DNA of 64,000 nt from Sporopachydermia quercuum (Eukaryota), in contig BCGN01000002.1 of assembly GCA_001599295.1 (NCBI GenBank), positions 806,001-870,000 on the forward strand, written 5' to 3'. The position numbers and the translations under genes are program-made. This document shows, one piece after another, positions 1 through 11,308 of this stretch (its first letter is position 1; every line of letters begins with the position of its first letter). The notes beneath the pieces are model-generated. The model was given only the letters and a program-made list of their open reading frames with translations. It ran no database searches and was not told where the DNA came from.

Positions 1-497
1 ATGAGTGATCTTCAATTACAGGGATACTTGATGAATACGACGAGAATTAGCTACCCAGTTCCAATTATTGTGCGTCTTATGCTCACATTATTTGAAATAG
101 TAGTGCGCTATTTGCTATAGTCCAGTCGCCATCTTGATTCCCATAACTGCACCAGAAATCTCTTCATGGTCGATCTATCGCTTTTACTTGCATACTAATG
201 GTAAACTTAACGCAATTGTTATCTAAGCTGGTTTCTAACCAAATTTCCGTATGAGCTAATTACTCTAGACTGAAGCTTCTGGATGGAAGGAAATCTGAAA
301 ATATGATGGAGGGATATCTAACAGCTTAGCAGCAGTTTACTAGCCGATGAATACTTCTCTTGCTTTCTATTGACTATCATATAAACACATTATACATTCT
401 CATCACCCAAATCATATGAAAAAATTGTAAGCGACACTCCACAGCCCACCATACATGAACTCTCATAGAAAACTAATCGCCATCCGCTATATCATCT

Positions 498-2969
498 CTA
501 ACCATGTAAGCTCAATTCAATTGCATATTCACATATCACCATGACTTTAACCAAACCTTTCACAGTTGCTTGTCGTTGAACAACTATGACGTATTCCTCA
601 GGACCAGCTAAAGAAACATTGGACAGCGTAATTCCATATATGCTTGAATCATATCCAGCCAGTGGACTTTTCAGTGACTCCACAGCAAAGGATCTATTCA
701 CTATGCGCACTTGCAAAGGTTGTCCTGACATCGGATCAGCTACATGCAACAAAATAGGACATGTTCTTTTAATTCTAAGAAATGCTTGTCCTATGTCGGT
801 CATCTCGACATTCACAACTCTGCAAAACTTATGTTTTGGTACCTGGGACAATTCAGTCATAGTGAACTGTTTTTCACTCTCAAAAATCACCTGAAAGTCC
901 TCATATATTTTCCTTCGAAACGTAGAGGCCACTAAGACATAATTTGAGAAATACTGTAGATTGGCACTCAATTGATACACGCCATCATGATAAGATGGAT
1001 CTATTGTGAATAAAGACTTTTCATCATATTTGAATATTCGATCAGAAGTATCATTTCTAAACAGCTGAATTGATACAGGAACATTTGCTTTTGATATAAT
1101 TGTTATCTTAATTTTCACCGGCTCCCGTGATGTATCATGATCGAGGGTTATTCCAAACATGGGATTGGTAATATAACTGTAATTATTCCAAGTACCACCA
1201 GAAGANTCAATGTCCCATGAACCAGTCATTTCAGAGGTATAATTAAACATAGATTTTGCTTTCTCAACTTTTGGGATGTCCCAATTGCTATAAGTAAATA
1301 AACTAAAAGGAACCAAATTAGATATCACGTTTTCAAATCCAGATGCACCAACTACTAATGTGAATGAGCTTTTAGCTGGCAATTTAAACCTGGAAAATGA
1401 TTGATAAGTATTCAATTCAACTCCTCTTTTTATGAATGGTTTTTCGAATTTAGAAATAACTTTGAATCCCTCAGCATTTATCAGATGTAAAGCGAGCATT
1501 TCTTTACATATGTTTCCTTTGTTAAGCAGACTCTGATAATGTCTAGATAGAAATACCCAAACCTCTATTTCTTCAGCATATGGATTACTTAATCTATATT
1601 GGGGCATATAGAACAATTGGTATCCAAAATTCACGGCATTCTCGCAATTCCATATGAAATGGGTTACATTGTTATACTTCAAATGTTTAGGATTCCAATT
1701 CAGATACACGTTATCAAATATTGAGCAAATACCTTCAAAGCTGAACCATTTAGTAGATGCTGACGATGAAACATCAGCAGATTCACCATTTGAATGAGAT
1801 GTTTCTCCTCTCCAGGGATTTTTTACAAGCATTAAACGTTCACCATTTTTTTCTTTTAATTCTTTAACTGTGTAGTCNTGTTCAGATATTAAACTAAACT
1901 TTTGGTTTTCATTTTCCTTTGTGTCTGTTTGACTGTCACTCAAATATAATAATGCCAACTCTTGATCTAAAGAGGCGACTTTGGCACCAGTGCCAACACA
2001 GATCAGCAAATCACCAGCATCCCAACCTTGTCTAAGCATATTCCATAGTTTTGTAGTAGAGTTATCTTCAAGTAGATCATCTAAATAAGCTCGCAAATAT
2101 ATATACTCAGGTATCCATCCAGTAAGCATATACGTATCATTGGCTGAATGGCTTCCATTGAGATCGTATGACCTGGACATAACTTTGAGGTATGCTTTTT
2201 CTATTAAAGCAGGAAATAGTAAAGTAGAATCAGTTTCAGATGAGATGAACAAATTGCCTGACTTCAGCACAGGTAAATAATCATCAATTTCTACCCATCT
2301 TTTTGTCCCATTGATATAGAGTGTGACAATGTATTTCCCTCGTTTGGATAATAATGCATCTGTGCTATTAATAGGGTTGATTATGGATAATGTCAGACAA
2401 TGCCCTATTCGTTTAGAAGCATACGATATAGACAAGAATGAAGCAACAAAAGAACAGTCGTTTAGAATGTCCTGATAAAAGTCGTCTAGGAGAAAATCCT
2501 GCTTGGAGTTATCAGATAAATCAATAGCTCTTGCCCATTGTTTCAATTCCTTGGATTGCTTTTCCAATAGCTCAAGATGTCCACATGGATCCATGAATGG
2601 TATAGGCTTCTTACCAATTGTATCATTGGAAACAAAACCAGGATCCACAATTGGATCAAAATCAGCAGGGAAATACAAATTTCCATCAATATTAGAGCCA
2701 ATGTATAGCAACCTTGATTGGAAATCCATCGCTGTTCTATCCTTTCTAAACATTAACTCCGCATTGTCTATAGCTGTTGAACATAACAAGACAATCTGGT
2801 TCTTATCTATGGAGCTTGAGCTTGGATTCTCTAGGAAAATTTCCAACGCATCATTAAATTGTTTCACAGCCTCCTTAGACTTTTCTATTGCTGCCGAGTA
2901 CTTCGAGTTGGCATAAAAATACCTGCTTTCCAAAACATTTCGTTGCCCATTTTCAATTGCTGCCAACAT
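498..2969 (-). CDS. RIM13: Calpain-like cysteine protease of the Rim101/PacC pH pathway (Rim13/PalB)
   Basis: 823-aa ORF with calpain catalytic motifs QDILNDCSFVAS (Cys), SE[X=CAn, His/Gln]DY and KNPW (Asn). It also has IDDYLP, LIEKAYLK, LTGWIPE and C-terminal calpain domain III-like repeats (GSW..SSGG, NP.F). Confidence 0.88.
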   Translation of the reverse strand: MLAAIENGQRNVLESRYFYANSKYSAAIEKSKEAVKQFNDALEIFLENPSSSSIDKNQIVLLCSTAIDNAELMFRKDRTAMDFQSRLLYIGSNIDGNLYFPADFDPIVDPGFVSNDTIGKKPIPFMDPCGHLELLEKQSKELKQWARAIDLSDNSKQDFLLDDFYQDILNDCSFVASFLSISYASKRIGHCLTLSIINPINSTDALLSKRGKYIVTLYINGTKRWVEIDDYLPVLKSGNLFISSETDSTLLFPALIEKAYLKVMSRSYDLNGSHSANDTYMLTGWIPEYIYLRAYLDDLLEDNSTTKLWNMLRQGWDAGDLLICVGTGAKVASLDQELALLYLSDSQTDTKENENQKFSLISEXDYTVKELKEKNGERLMLVKNPWRGETSHSNGESADVSSSASTKWFSFEGICSIFDNVYLNWNPKHLKYNNVTHFIWNCENAVNFGYQLFYMPQYRLSNPYAEEIEVWVFLSRHYQSLLNKGNICKEMLALHLINAEGFKVISKFEKPFIKRGVELNTYQSFSRFKLPAKSSFTLVVGASGFENVISNLVPFSLFTYSNWDIPKVEKAKSMFNYTSEMTGSWDIXSSGGTWNNYSYITNPMFGITLDHDTSREPVKIKITIISKANVPVSIQLFRNDTSDRIFKYDEKSLFTIDPSYHDGVYQLSANLQYFSNYVLVASTFRRKIYEDFQVIFESEKQFTMTELSQVPKHKFCRVVNVEMTDIGQAFLRIKRTCPILLHVADPMSGQPLQVRIVNRSFAVESLKSPLAGYDSSIYGITLSNVSLAGPEEYVIVVQRQATVKGLVKVMVICEYAIELSLHG

Positions 2970-3648
2970 GCCATACGCAGAAGTAGTATTGTATTAGTAT
3001 TAGGTGGTTCAATTTCTTTTCATGTAAATTACACTTTATAGACTGTATTAGAGCATACAAACACATAATATAAATCCATGAGCAATTATTGATAAGCATA
3101 AATCAATACGTAGTAAGTCAGTCTTCTATCAACCCACCAGACGGATAGTTTGTCCCAGATAATGCAATATGCCATGCGACAAGAAGATTGATGTTGGGAC
3201 ATATGACTTTCTACTGTCACAAGATGAGACATTACTCTCTCATTCAAACGACTATCATAAAAAAACAATCTTATTGATAGGCATCTGATGGGATTTTAAA
3301 GAATTTTAACTAGGAGGTAGTAGTGGCTCAGCCATACTAATATAGTAGAATAATCCATCAGAAACATGTAATTAGTAACCTTCATTCCATGCCAGACTAT
3401 ACCATACCACCCTGCAATGTCATTCTCGCATGACAAAATTAATCTAGCAGACATGACCCATCTCTTTCCTATTCAAGCCTTAACAATGAGCTCTTGGTCC
3501 TCTAAAGATAGGCAATTGCATGCCTAGCATAACAAATTGAAAGTTATTAATACATTAATTGATTCTGCAGCAGCATAAATTGGCTGTGAATTCACCATAA
3601 AACAAGAAAGCAGGAGAGAAGTTGTGGATATCCAATTGGAGATAAAAA

Positions 3649-5100
3649 ATGTCAGATCGTAAAGATCACAAATATGAGGTGACAAGTGCAAATGAATCAC
3701 ACAACCTTCAGAAGAAGGATCAAACACACAGTAAACCAACATTGAAAGATATAAACACGTTTCTAGCCACTTTGAAANATAAGATGAGTAATCCTGTTGT
3801 GGATAATGCTAATCGATTGCAGTATAAAGATTTTACACTTTGGTATTCAAGTAAATTGGACATATCGCTGGAAACTACAGTCGAAGAGCTTNAAGTGCAA
3901 AAGCTATGTGATGAGATATACGAAANAAGGTCATTAAAAAGATCAGAGAACTCTTTGGAGAATAATACCAAGACGCATTTGTCATTTCTGAAGTATTTCT
4001 TTAAAACCAGGCTACCGGGAGCTTACATTACATTAGATGCGTCAAGATGTTGGATGCTGTACTGGATTTACACATCCATTCTTCTACTAAATCCTGAGGA
4101 AGGATCGAATAAGATAAATAGAGCAATTTCAGAAACTATTTTGAGTTTCCAACAGCCTGATGGTGGATTTGGCGGTGGTTTAGGGCAGATTTCTCAGATA
4201 GTTGCTACGTTTGCTAGTATCAATTCGTTAGCATTAGCTGCTGAGCCTGAAGCTTGGGACAAAATTGACCGACAAGCGACCTANAAATGGATAATGACTA
4301 AACTGAAACAACCGGACGGGTCATTCAAAACTCATGAGTTTGGTGAAACCGATCTCAGAAGTGTGTACAGTGCAATTCAGGTGTCAGTTCTATTAAATAT
4401 AATAACACCAGAGTTAATAGAGAATGCTGCTAAGTTTATAGGAACGTGCCAAACATACGAAGGAGGATTTGCTGGTTATCCTGGAGGAGAAGCGCATGCT
4501 GGGTACTCTTTCTGTGCTGTAGCCGCTTTGTGTTTGATGGGACATCCTAAGCATATGCTAACAGAGTATGTCAGTTTCAATTCACTAGTTCGATGGCTAT
4601 CAATGAGGCAATACGGAAGAGAAGGTGGATTTTCTGGCCGTACGAATAAATTAGTAGATGGTTGTTATGATTATTGGGTTAGCGGTTGCTGGGCTGCTGT
4701 TGAAGTTGTACTTGGTTCAGAGTCTTCATTATGGGACCGTAAAGCAGTTGAAGAGTATACGTTGCTATGTGGTCAGAACAAACACGGTGGGTTCAGAGAC
4801 AAACCTGGAAAATCTCCTGATTTCTATCACACCTGTTACTTAATCTGTGGTTTGTCAATCATTCAGCATAAATATAACTATGAGTTTGACTATAATAGGC
4901 GGCATGAGATGTCACTTGGAGAATCAGCTTTGTTTTGGGAAATTGATTATACTTATAAACTTGAGTCTGATAATACCTATGAAGTAGGACATCTGAATCC
5001 TATTTTGGGGCTGCCATTGGGTTACGGTGAGCGAATGATTGAGCATTTCAAGGCTTCAGATGGTGATTATGTAGCTGAAGTTGTGATTGAAGAGTTATGA
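3649..5100 (+). CDS. RAM1: Protein farnesyltransferase beta subunit
   Basis: Prenyltransferase repeats LDASRCWMLYW, GGFGGG, CQTYEGGF, EAHAGYSFC, EGGFSGRTNKLVDGCY and GGFRDKPGKSPDFYHTCY. Confidence 0.92.
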   Translation: MSDRKDHKYEVTSANESHNLQKKDQTHSKPTLKDINTFLATLKXKMSNPVVDNANRLQYKDFTLWYSSKLDISLETTVEELXVQKLCDEIYEXRSLKRSENSLENNTKTHLSFLKYFFKTRLPGAYITLDASRCWMLYWIYTSILLLNPEEGSNKINRAISETILSFQQPDGGFGGGLGQISQIVATFASINSLALAAEPEAWDKIDRQATXKWIMTKLKQPDGSFKTHEFGETDLRSVYSAIQVSVLLNIITPELIENAAKFIGTCQTYEGGFAGYPGGEAHAGYSFCAVAALCLMGHPKHMLTEYVSFNSLVRWLSMRQYGREGGFSGRTNKLVDGCYDYWVSGCWAAVEVVLGSESSLWDRKAVEEYTLLCGQNKHGGFRDKPGKSPDFYHTCYLICGLSIIQHKYNYEFDYNRRHEMSLGESALFWEIDYTYKLESDNTYEVGHLNPILGLPLGYGERMIEHFKASDGDYVAEVVIEEL

Positions 5101-5542
5101 GATATCCAGAAGAACTACAAGAGCCGGCTAACAACCCCTGAAACCAAGGATAACTGTAAATAGCAATTGATACTATGTGTTTTAAGGTATTAAGGTATTT
5201 ATATGTTTCCCATCAATTTCTGAATAATTCACACATCATTAATCATTCTTTCCTGGTTCCTCTTATAATGTTCACATAATCGTTAATTGTCATGATTATC
5301 CAATATAGGATTACATAACCAAAATATGGTGAATAATTTCTGTCCGAAAACCCAATGCATTTCCTATCCCAAATTTAATCCAAACACATCAACATGTCTT
5401 TCTATTCTCCCATTAGTATTTGTAAATAGCTATGATTTATTTGCTCCTCACCTTATACTAATGTCTCCACTGCATCTGATTTTTCCGTCGTCAAATTGTA
5501 TAGTATATATCATCTGTTTTATCTTTGAGACAGTTTTAGAAA

Positions 5543-6164
5543 ATGGCCGACCGACTTAGTAACCCTGAGGTAAGTTGAACATCGACAGCGGAGATCATAA
5601 GCTAAGTCTTTTGTCCTCAACCTCAATATGAATAACGATCCTTAATGATCAATCAAAACCCTAAGAATGACTTGAGTTGCTAACTGAATACCTGTAGTTT
5701 TTTGCTCGACTAGGCGACTTGTTTGAAAAGTCAAACATTGGCGAATGCACTATTTTTCTAGTTCAAAAAAGATGTAAGTCTCATTTTGATTGCTACCTAA
5801 CTTTGCGTTTAGTAAATGAAATATGAAGCCATTGCAACATCTAACATATATTTATTAAACAGTGGATAATCAAGAAGGAGTAGACAAGAAGGATCTTTCA
5901 GACCTAGAAACAGTTCCAAGCTTGGAATCAACGAAAAGTGATGAGCGATTCCAAATTCTAATCAGAGCAACCAACGGTAAAACTACTAAGAAGTCACCAA
6001 AGTTCAAAGAACATGCTGCACCAAAGATCAAATTATCAACTGTCGTTGATAGTGAAAATTTAAAAGAGTTCTGGGGCGAATATTCCCAGGTACTGCGATC
6101 AGGTATGACAGGATTACAGAAGAAACAAAAGAAGAAGGTGAAGAAGACGAAAGCAAAGAAATAA
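5543..6164 (+). CDS. SRP14: Signal recognition particle subunit Srp14; 3 exons (5543-5569, 5698-5773, 5863-6164)
   Basis: Two GTAAGT...CTAAC...AG introns (5570-5697, 5774-5862) join in frame to give MADRLSNPEFFARLGDLFEK...IFLVQKRL...ILIRATNG...KLSTVV...GMTGLQKK plus a basic tail, the typical fungal Srp14 pattern. Confidence 0.88.
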
Positions 6165-6517
6165 TGATCAAGAAAGAGTAGTTTGATGATGAAGTGGAAA
6201 TCCTTACCCCTGTGAATAAATTCTTACTCNATATTATAAAAGAGACGAAACTATCCTGAAAGGGACCTTGGGGTACATACAATTAAGTCATTTGTTTAAT
6301 ATGGTTTATGTAAACAAATTGTTACAGAGCATTCATCATATATTGTCACATATACTATTAANATTAGTTTTATNTGTTGGTACCAAGAGTTCTTTTTATT
6401 TTTTTATTTTTCTTAGCTCTTACATTATTACTATACGCTTCCACCATTATTGAAATGGTCTTATTGATATTAGTCTCTCCTGTTATTTAAAGTGTATTAT
6501 TACTATTGAACCTTACA

Positions 6518-8353
6518 TTAATTATTATCATCACTTTCCTCTTCATCATCATTATCAAAATGTTCAACCATAAGGTTTCCATTTGGATTCAAACATTCAA
6601 CATCTTTAACCAATATTTNAGGATCGGATGCTAATATTTGACGTGGCATTGGCGATGTTAATGCAAACATAAATTTATGTTGATAATCACTGGGAGGTGA
6701 TAATTCTGCTTTCTTTGCCCTGTCTTCTTCTGTTATAGCTTTTATAAGATTGGGAACAGTTCCATTCTCATAACAATCAACAAATGCATAGACTTCTTCT
6801 AAGGAAGCATTTGATGAAAACCTACGGAAAATTCGCTCTCCTGAAGGCAATCTGAAGCTGATTCTTACACAATTTGGTTCCGTTGCTGCTGGTTCGTTTG
6901 GTAGGTTTCCTCCTCTCCAAATTAACCATTTTCTTCTGTTTCTTTCTTTTTTCTTAGNTTCTTCTTTCTTTAAGCGTTCTTCTTCCATTTCCCTAATTTG
7001 TCTTTCTCGTTGTTCTTGATTCTCCTGTAGCCTTCTCACTCGTTCTTCTTGTCTTTGCCTTTCCCTTACTGCATCTGCTTCTAAACTTGCTTGATAAGCA
7101 GCATCTTGTTGTTCTCGGATTCTTTGATTCACATCTCTTTCATGCTGTTCGTATTGTAAAGCTACTAAAGCTGGTCCATATTTATCCATCAAAGGTCTGA
7201 TCTTTGTGATAAAGCTGTCAGGGGATAAATAGCCTTGGATTCTACCAATAATAGACATTGATGGGCATTCTGCCATAACTTCATTGCGAACACGAACAGC
7301 AGGATTTTGCGTGTTAGTGACAACTGNTTTGGAAGCAATCAATGCAACAAATGGGAAAACTGTAGCCCGTAATTGATTGGCCACTTGAAATGCTTCCGAA
7401 TCTCTCACATTTCCACCCCAGACAATAAACTGTTTGGAGTTCAATAAACTAAGCACATCAGGGTTTAGAAGTGTGATGCTGTTGAATGCTAGTGTATCAT
7501 CATGCTCAACACTTTGTAGAATAACAAGAAGCCACTTCAACTCAGTTTTCGCTCTGAACAGAGCTTCTGTATATCCTCCTTCGAAAAAACTCACTGTTTT
7601 ATAAGATTTCGTCACTACTGGACTTTCTCGACTAGACTCTGGACTAAACGCTGAAAAANAACCGGGCGAGGGACTTCTGTTTAAACTATTAGGTGACGCT
7701 ATCCCACCGGTTACTTGAATCCCAGTCATTTCATTGAAACCTCGGATGAACCTTCTAGCTGTATCAACAGGATTGATAACTCTAGGTTCGGACCGTGATG
7801 CATGTCTATTAGATTGATATATTCCTGTAACTCTCGGTAAAAAAGGAAATATGTTGCCTATTAGATAAAAGAAAGATGTTGAGGATTTCGTTAAGATAAC
7901 AAGAGGAACGAAAAATATAGTCCTTAATAACAGCATAAATGCTTTCCATAATTTTAAAAACATCCGCGTTATCCAATTATTATGTGAAGTTCTACGGCTG
8001 ATATCAAGCATAGGCTCACGGACTCCTGCTCCTTCTTGAGCTGATTCAACGATGGAATTATTGGCTAGTGAATACGTCCCATACTGTTCATAAGATTCCT
8101 CATAGCTTTGACGAGGCCTATCAGGCAGCTGACTCATAGAGCTGAATATACCTGATACCATTGCCCCTAACCCTGACGCTGAATTGGAATCTGCAGAAGG
8201 ATCAAATCCTTCGTAGTGTGTTATTATTGCCAATTCCAAGTTCCATTCTGAATTTCTCAGTAATCTAATACAATATGCATTATCACCTTGCCAATTAGTG
8301 ATGTCTTTAAATTCTTGTACAAGCTCTTGTTGAGAACTGTTCAGTTGATCCAT
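6518..8353 (-). CDS. UBX2: UBX-domain Cdc48 adaptor (Ubx2/FAF2 type)
   Basis: N-terminal UBA-like segment (EFKDIT...LLRNSEWNLELAI), a hydrophobic hairpin, a UAS domain (FFEGGYTEAL, WGGNV), a coiled coil (REQQDAAYQASL) and a C-terminal UBX domain (RLPSGERIFRRF, SPMPR). Ubx3 is not fully excluded. Confidence 0.75.
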   Translation of the reverse strand: MDQLNSSQQELVQEFKDITNWQGDNAYCIRLLRNSEWNLELAIITHYEGFDPSADSNSASGLGAMVSGIFSSMSQLPDRPRQSYEESYEQYGTYSLANNSIVESAQEGAGVREPMLDISRRTSHNNWITRMFLKLWKAFMLLLRTIFFVPLVILTKSSTSFFYLIGNIFPFLPRVTGIYQSNRHASRSEPRVINPVDTARRFIRGFNEMTGIQVTGGIASPNSLNRSPSPGXFSAFSPESSRESPVVTKSYKTVSFFEGGYTEALFRAKTELKWLLVILQSVEHDDTLAFNSITLLNPDVLSLLNSKQFIVWGGNVRDSEAFQVANQLRATVFPFVALIASKXVVTNTQNPAVRVRNEVMAECPSMSIIGRIQGYLSPDSFITKIRPLMDKYGPALVALQYEQHERDVNQRIREQQDAAYQASLEADAVRERQRQEERVRRLQENQEQRERQIREMEEERLKKEEXKKKERNRRKWLIWRGGNLPNEPAATEPNCVRISFRLPSGERIFRRFSSNASLEEVYAFVDCYENGTVPNLIKAITEEDRAKKAELSPPSDYQHKFMFALTSPMPRQILASDPXILVKDVECLNPNGNLMVEHFDNDDEEESDDNN

Positions 8354-8766
8354 GGTGAGATAGTTATTAGATGGAATATTTGTATCAATATATATATATA
8401 TTATGATATTATATATACCATATAATATAGCATAACAAAGAGTTTATGTATATATCTGATGTGATTAATATTACAAGATGAGGATGAGCATCTAGTTTAG
8501 CTTGGGAACTGTCCGCCTGTGGTGATTCAGAATGAATAGCTTTTATCAATAATTCATTAATGTTTGTTGCAAATAACAATAATAATCTTCAATAAACATA
8601 ATTTTCCACGGTGTTATTCGTCAATTTTTAATCATATGAAGAAACATTAATTGAACGCCGTGTTTAATAATTGATTAACTGTTCGTTGTAATGAAGGTAA
8701 CTGCTAATAAATAGTGAACTCATTATATGTGAGCTAAGCGATAAAAAAATAAAAAATAAATACTGA

Positions 8767-8856
8767 TGGACGAGTCAGGGATCGAACCAGAGACCTTTAG
8801 AAGGTTAGATTGTTATCTTTGCAAATCTAACGCGCTACCAACTGCGCCACACGCCC
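8767..8856 (-). tRNA. tRNA-Ala(UGC) with a 17-nt intron (8803-8819)
   Basis: The reverse complement folds as a cloverleaf: acceptor GGGCGTG/CTCGTCC with G3:U70, D arm GCGC/GCGC, anticodon stem TTAGA/TCTAA, anticodon TGC, intron after base 37, T-loop TTCGATC and discriminator A. T-runs downstream fit a Pol III terminator. Confidence 0.93.
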
Positions 8857-11308
8857 AAGTTTTCGTTTATTGGGATTCATACAGCAAGAATCAGCCTCAA
8901 AAGATTAAATCAGTTGTATTAAGATCAAAACANTATTTCGATGGCTGAATATGAGCTTCCGCGATATCAAATAACTTTTGCTTTCTCAGGAAATTACAAG
9001 AGATAACCTATAATGGTTCAATCCTTATCAGAAAGATTATCAAAGTAGATAAGTTTGATTTCCGCTACCGTAATTCTATTGTGTTCTGAGCCATATACAC
9101 GTTNAAAGTGACTACCGACCATGGTACATCCCAAGAATAGTCATAAAGTTGAAACAATGAACTTAAGAATTGTTGATATGCTATTCCAATAACGAAATAG
9201 TTTTAATATTAAACTTTGATTCATTATCAAGAGATCAATTCCTTTCCAGCGGTTTTAGCCGGTCAAACATGACTGATTCTGATAATGATAATACCTCTCT
9301 CCCTCAGCACTCAATAAGGAAAACTTACAAGCCATTTGGGTGGACAAACCAGTCGGGTCTCCCTTTTGAAAACAATTTCTTCATTTGGAATCTCTAATAA
9401 GTTCAATCGTCGGCCAATCTTCGGTTGTTTTCACCTTAATCAATCATTCCTCTTTGACTTTCAACCGGAACTCCCATGGATCAAATTATCTTGCTTCTTT
9501 TGCAGTTTTCTGCATGAGCTCGCATTCCATGGAAAACTTGTGAGGGAATAAGGCTTAACCTTAATTTAAAAATATTACCCAAGATAGGAAATCTACGTCG
9601 AACCAAGCCTAATATTTAGAATTAGAGTTTAATGCAAGGTCCATTTGAACATTCTTACGAAGAGTATTAGGCGATCATAAGAATCGTAAGAGGATCTAGT
9701 ACAAGTTTATTGTTTATTATTCCCAAGTATAAAGATTTACTTTTGTTAATAACCACTTTGTTACTCAGAAACCACTGTATTTCTATCTGGTATCATATTG
9801 ACTTGAAGCTCGCTAGGTGGAGATGTATGTAGTTCTTACTGGATCACGTTTCTCTTTTCCTTATCAATTCATCGCATCGCGTCAGGTAACTAAGAACTAA
9901 AACTGAAATCCATTACCCAATGTACATAGAAGCCCGGTTTTGAGGCGGGATGCCTTCTTTAGAGTTATCTGTTAGTATATGTAGTTCGAAACATCTGTCA
10001 TGTTAGTTCTTTTGAAGGTTTATTCCATTGCATTGTAAAATTCCATCATCTGATGACTATGGATGGTACTGTGCATTCTTAGACATTATATCTTAAGGAC
10101 CGCACTATCAGACAAATGATAACGTTAAGTCGGGTTTCTATGTACAAGTCCCTTTTAGAGACATTCAATAGAGGAATACTTCGCTACCCCGTAAATTTGA
10201 TGCCTTCCAAAAAATAGATGGGCTTTTCAACTCAACCTTATCAAGTGTCAGTAAAGACATAGTTACTTTTCTAGCTGTTTGGTTTTTGAATAGATTGAAG
10301 GAGCTCCGGTTGTTGTCATTTGAGATAACAAACTGTTGCCTTGCAACCACTAGATAGTTGTTAAAAGTAACACATACTCTGACCTATATCAATCCTAAGG
10401 ATAATGGTCGCAAACAAGCATGATTACTTCACCCTTGGACACCTTACACTTTCTCATATTCATCTCAATAAAATTTATAAACATTAGTAAAAAAAAAATA
10501 AAGATAAGAAAATATCTCCAGAATTGCGTAAAAAGAACTTCTGGTTTTCCACTGCGAGTCTCTTTCAACCACCAACAGGTTAAGGAATACAGACTAATTA
10601 TTTGACGTAGAAGCTGATGAGCTTCTACAACAAATAGCTTGCCCCTACCGAATCCAATAATTTCCCCATTATAGCTAGTAGTAGAATCGGTCATCTTCCA
10701 TCCCTACAACAAGTAACTGACGGAGGGCCTACTGTCTTATAAGGATACTACTATCAGAGAATTGTCGCACCACCCCGATTGATAACACCTTATATCAAAT
10801 AAGGTTTTAGTCAACTTTAAATGGTTTGGAATAAGCGCCCATTTTACTTTCCATTATTAGAAATCACTGATAAAGAATGAAACTTTCATGGAATTTAACT
10901 TAAGAATCCTAAAGTTTATTTGGCTTCAATCAGAAGTATATCGAAAGAGAAACAAAGAGAGGAACTTGATTGATCAATTACTTCTACTTCTGTTCTCTTC
11001 TTGTTATTTACTTCAGCATATTACTCAATTATAATAAGGCTGTTGAATATATTTCAAAGAAAAGAAGAAAAAGAGTATATAACAAAAAACCATTCAGACA
11101 ATCGCATGTTCAATTAATTAGAACGCATTCTTAGCATTCACATCAGCTGTAAACGACTAGTTTCAGCAACAATAATACTGTTTGACGATAACGACTTATA
11201 TAGGATTAGAAGAAATACAATACATATCAAACAACCAATTTGCAATGAGCACAGTTTAAATAATTCTGAATATTCATTCCCAAAACTCTCAGTCAACAAC
11301 AAGTCAAA

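Noticed and set aside
8766..8948. 60-aa plus-strand ORF
   Set aside because: It is the antisense shadow of the tRNA-Ala gene.
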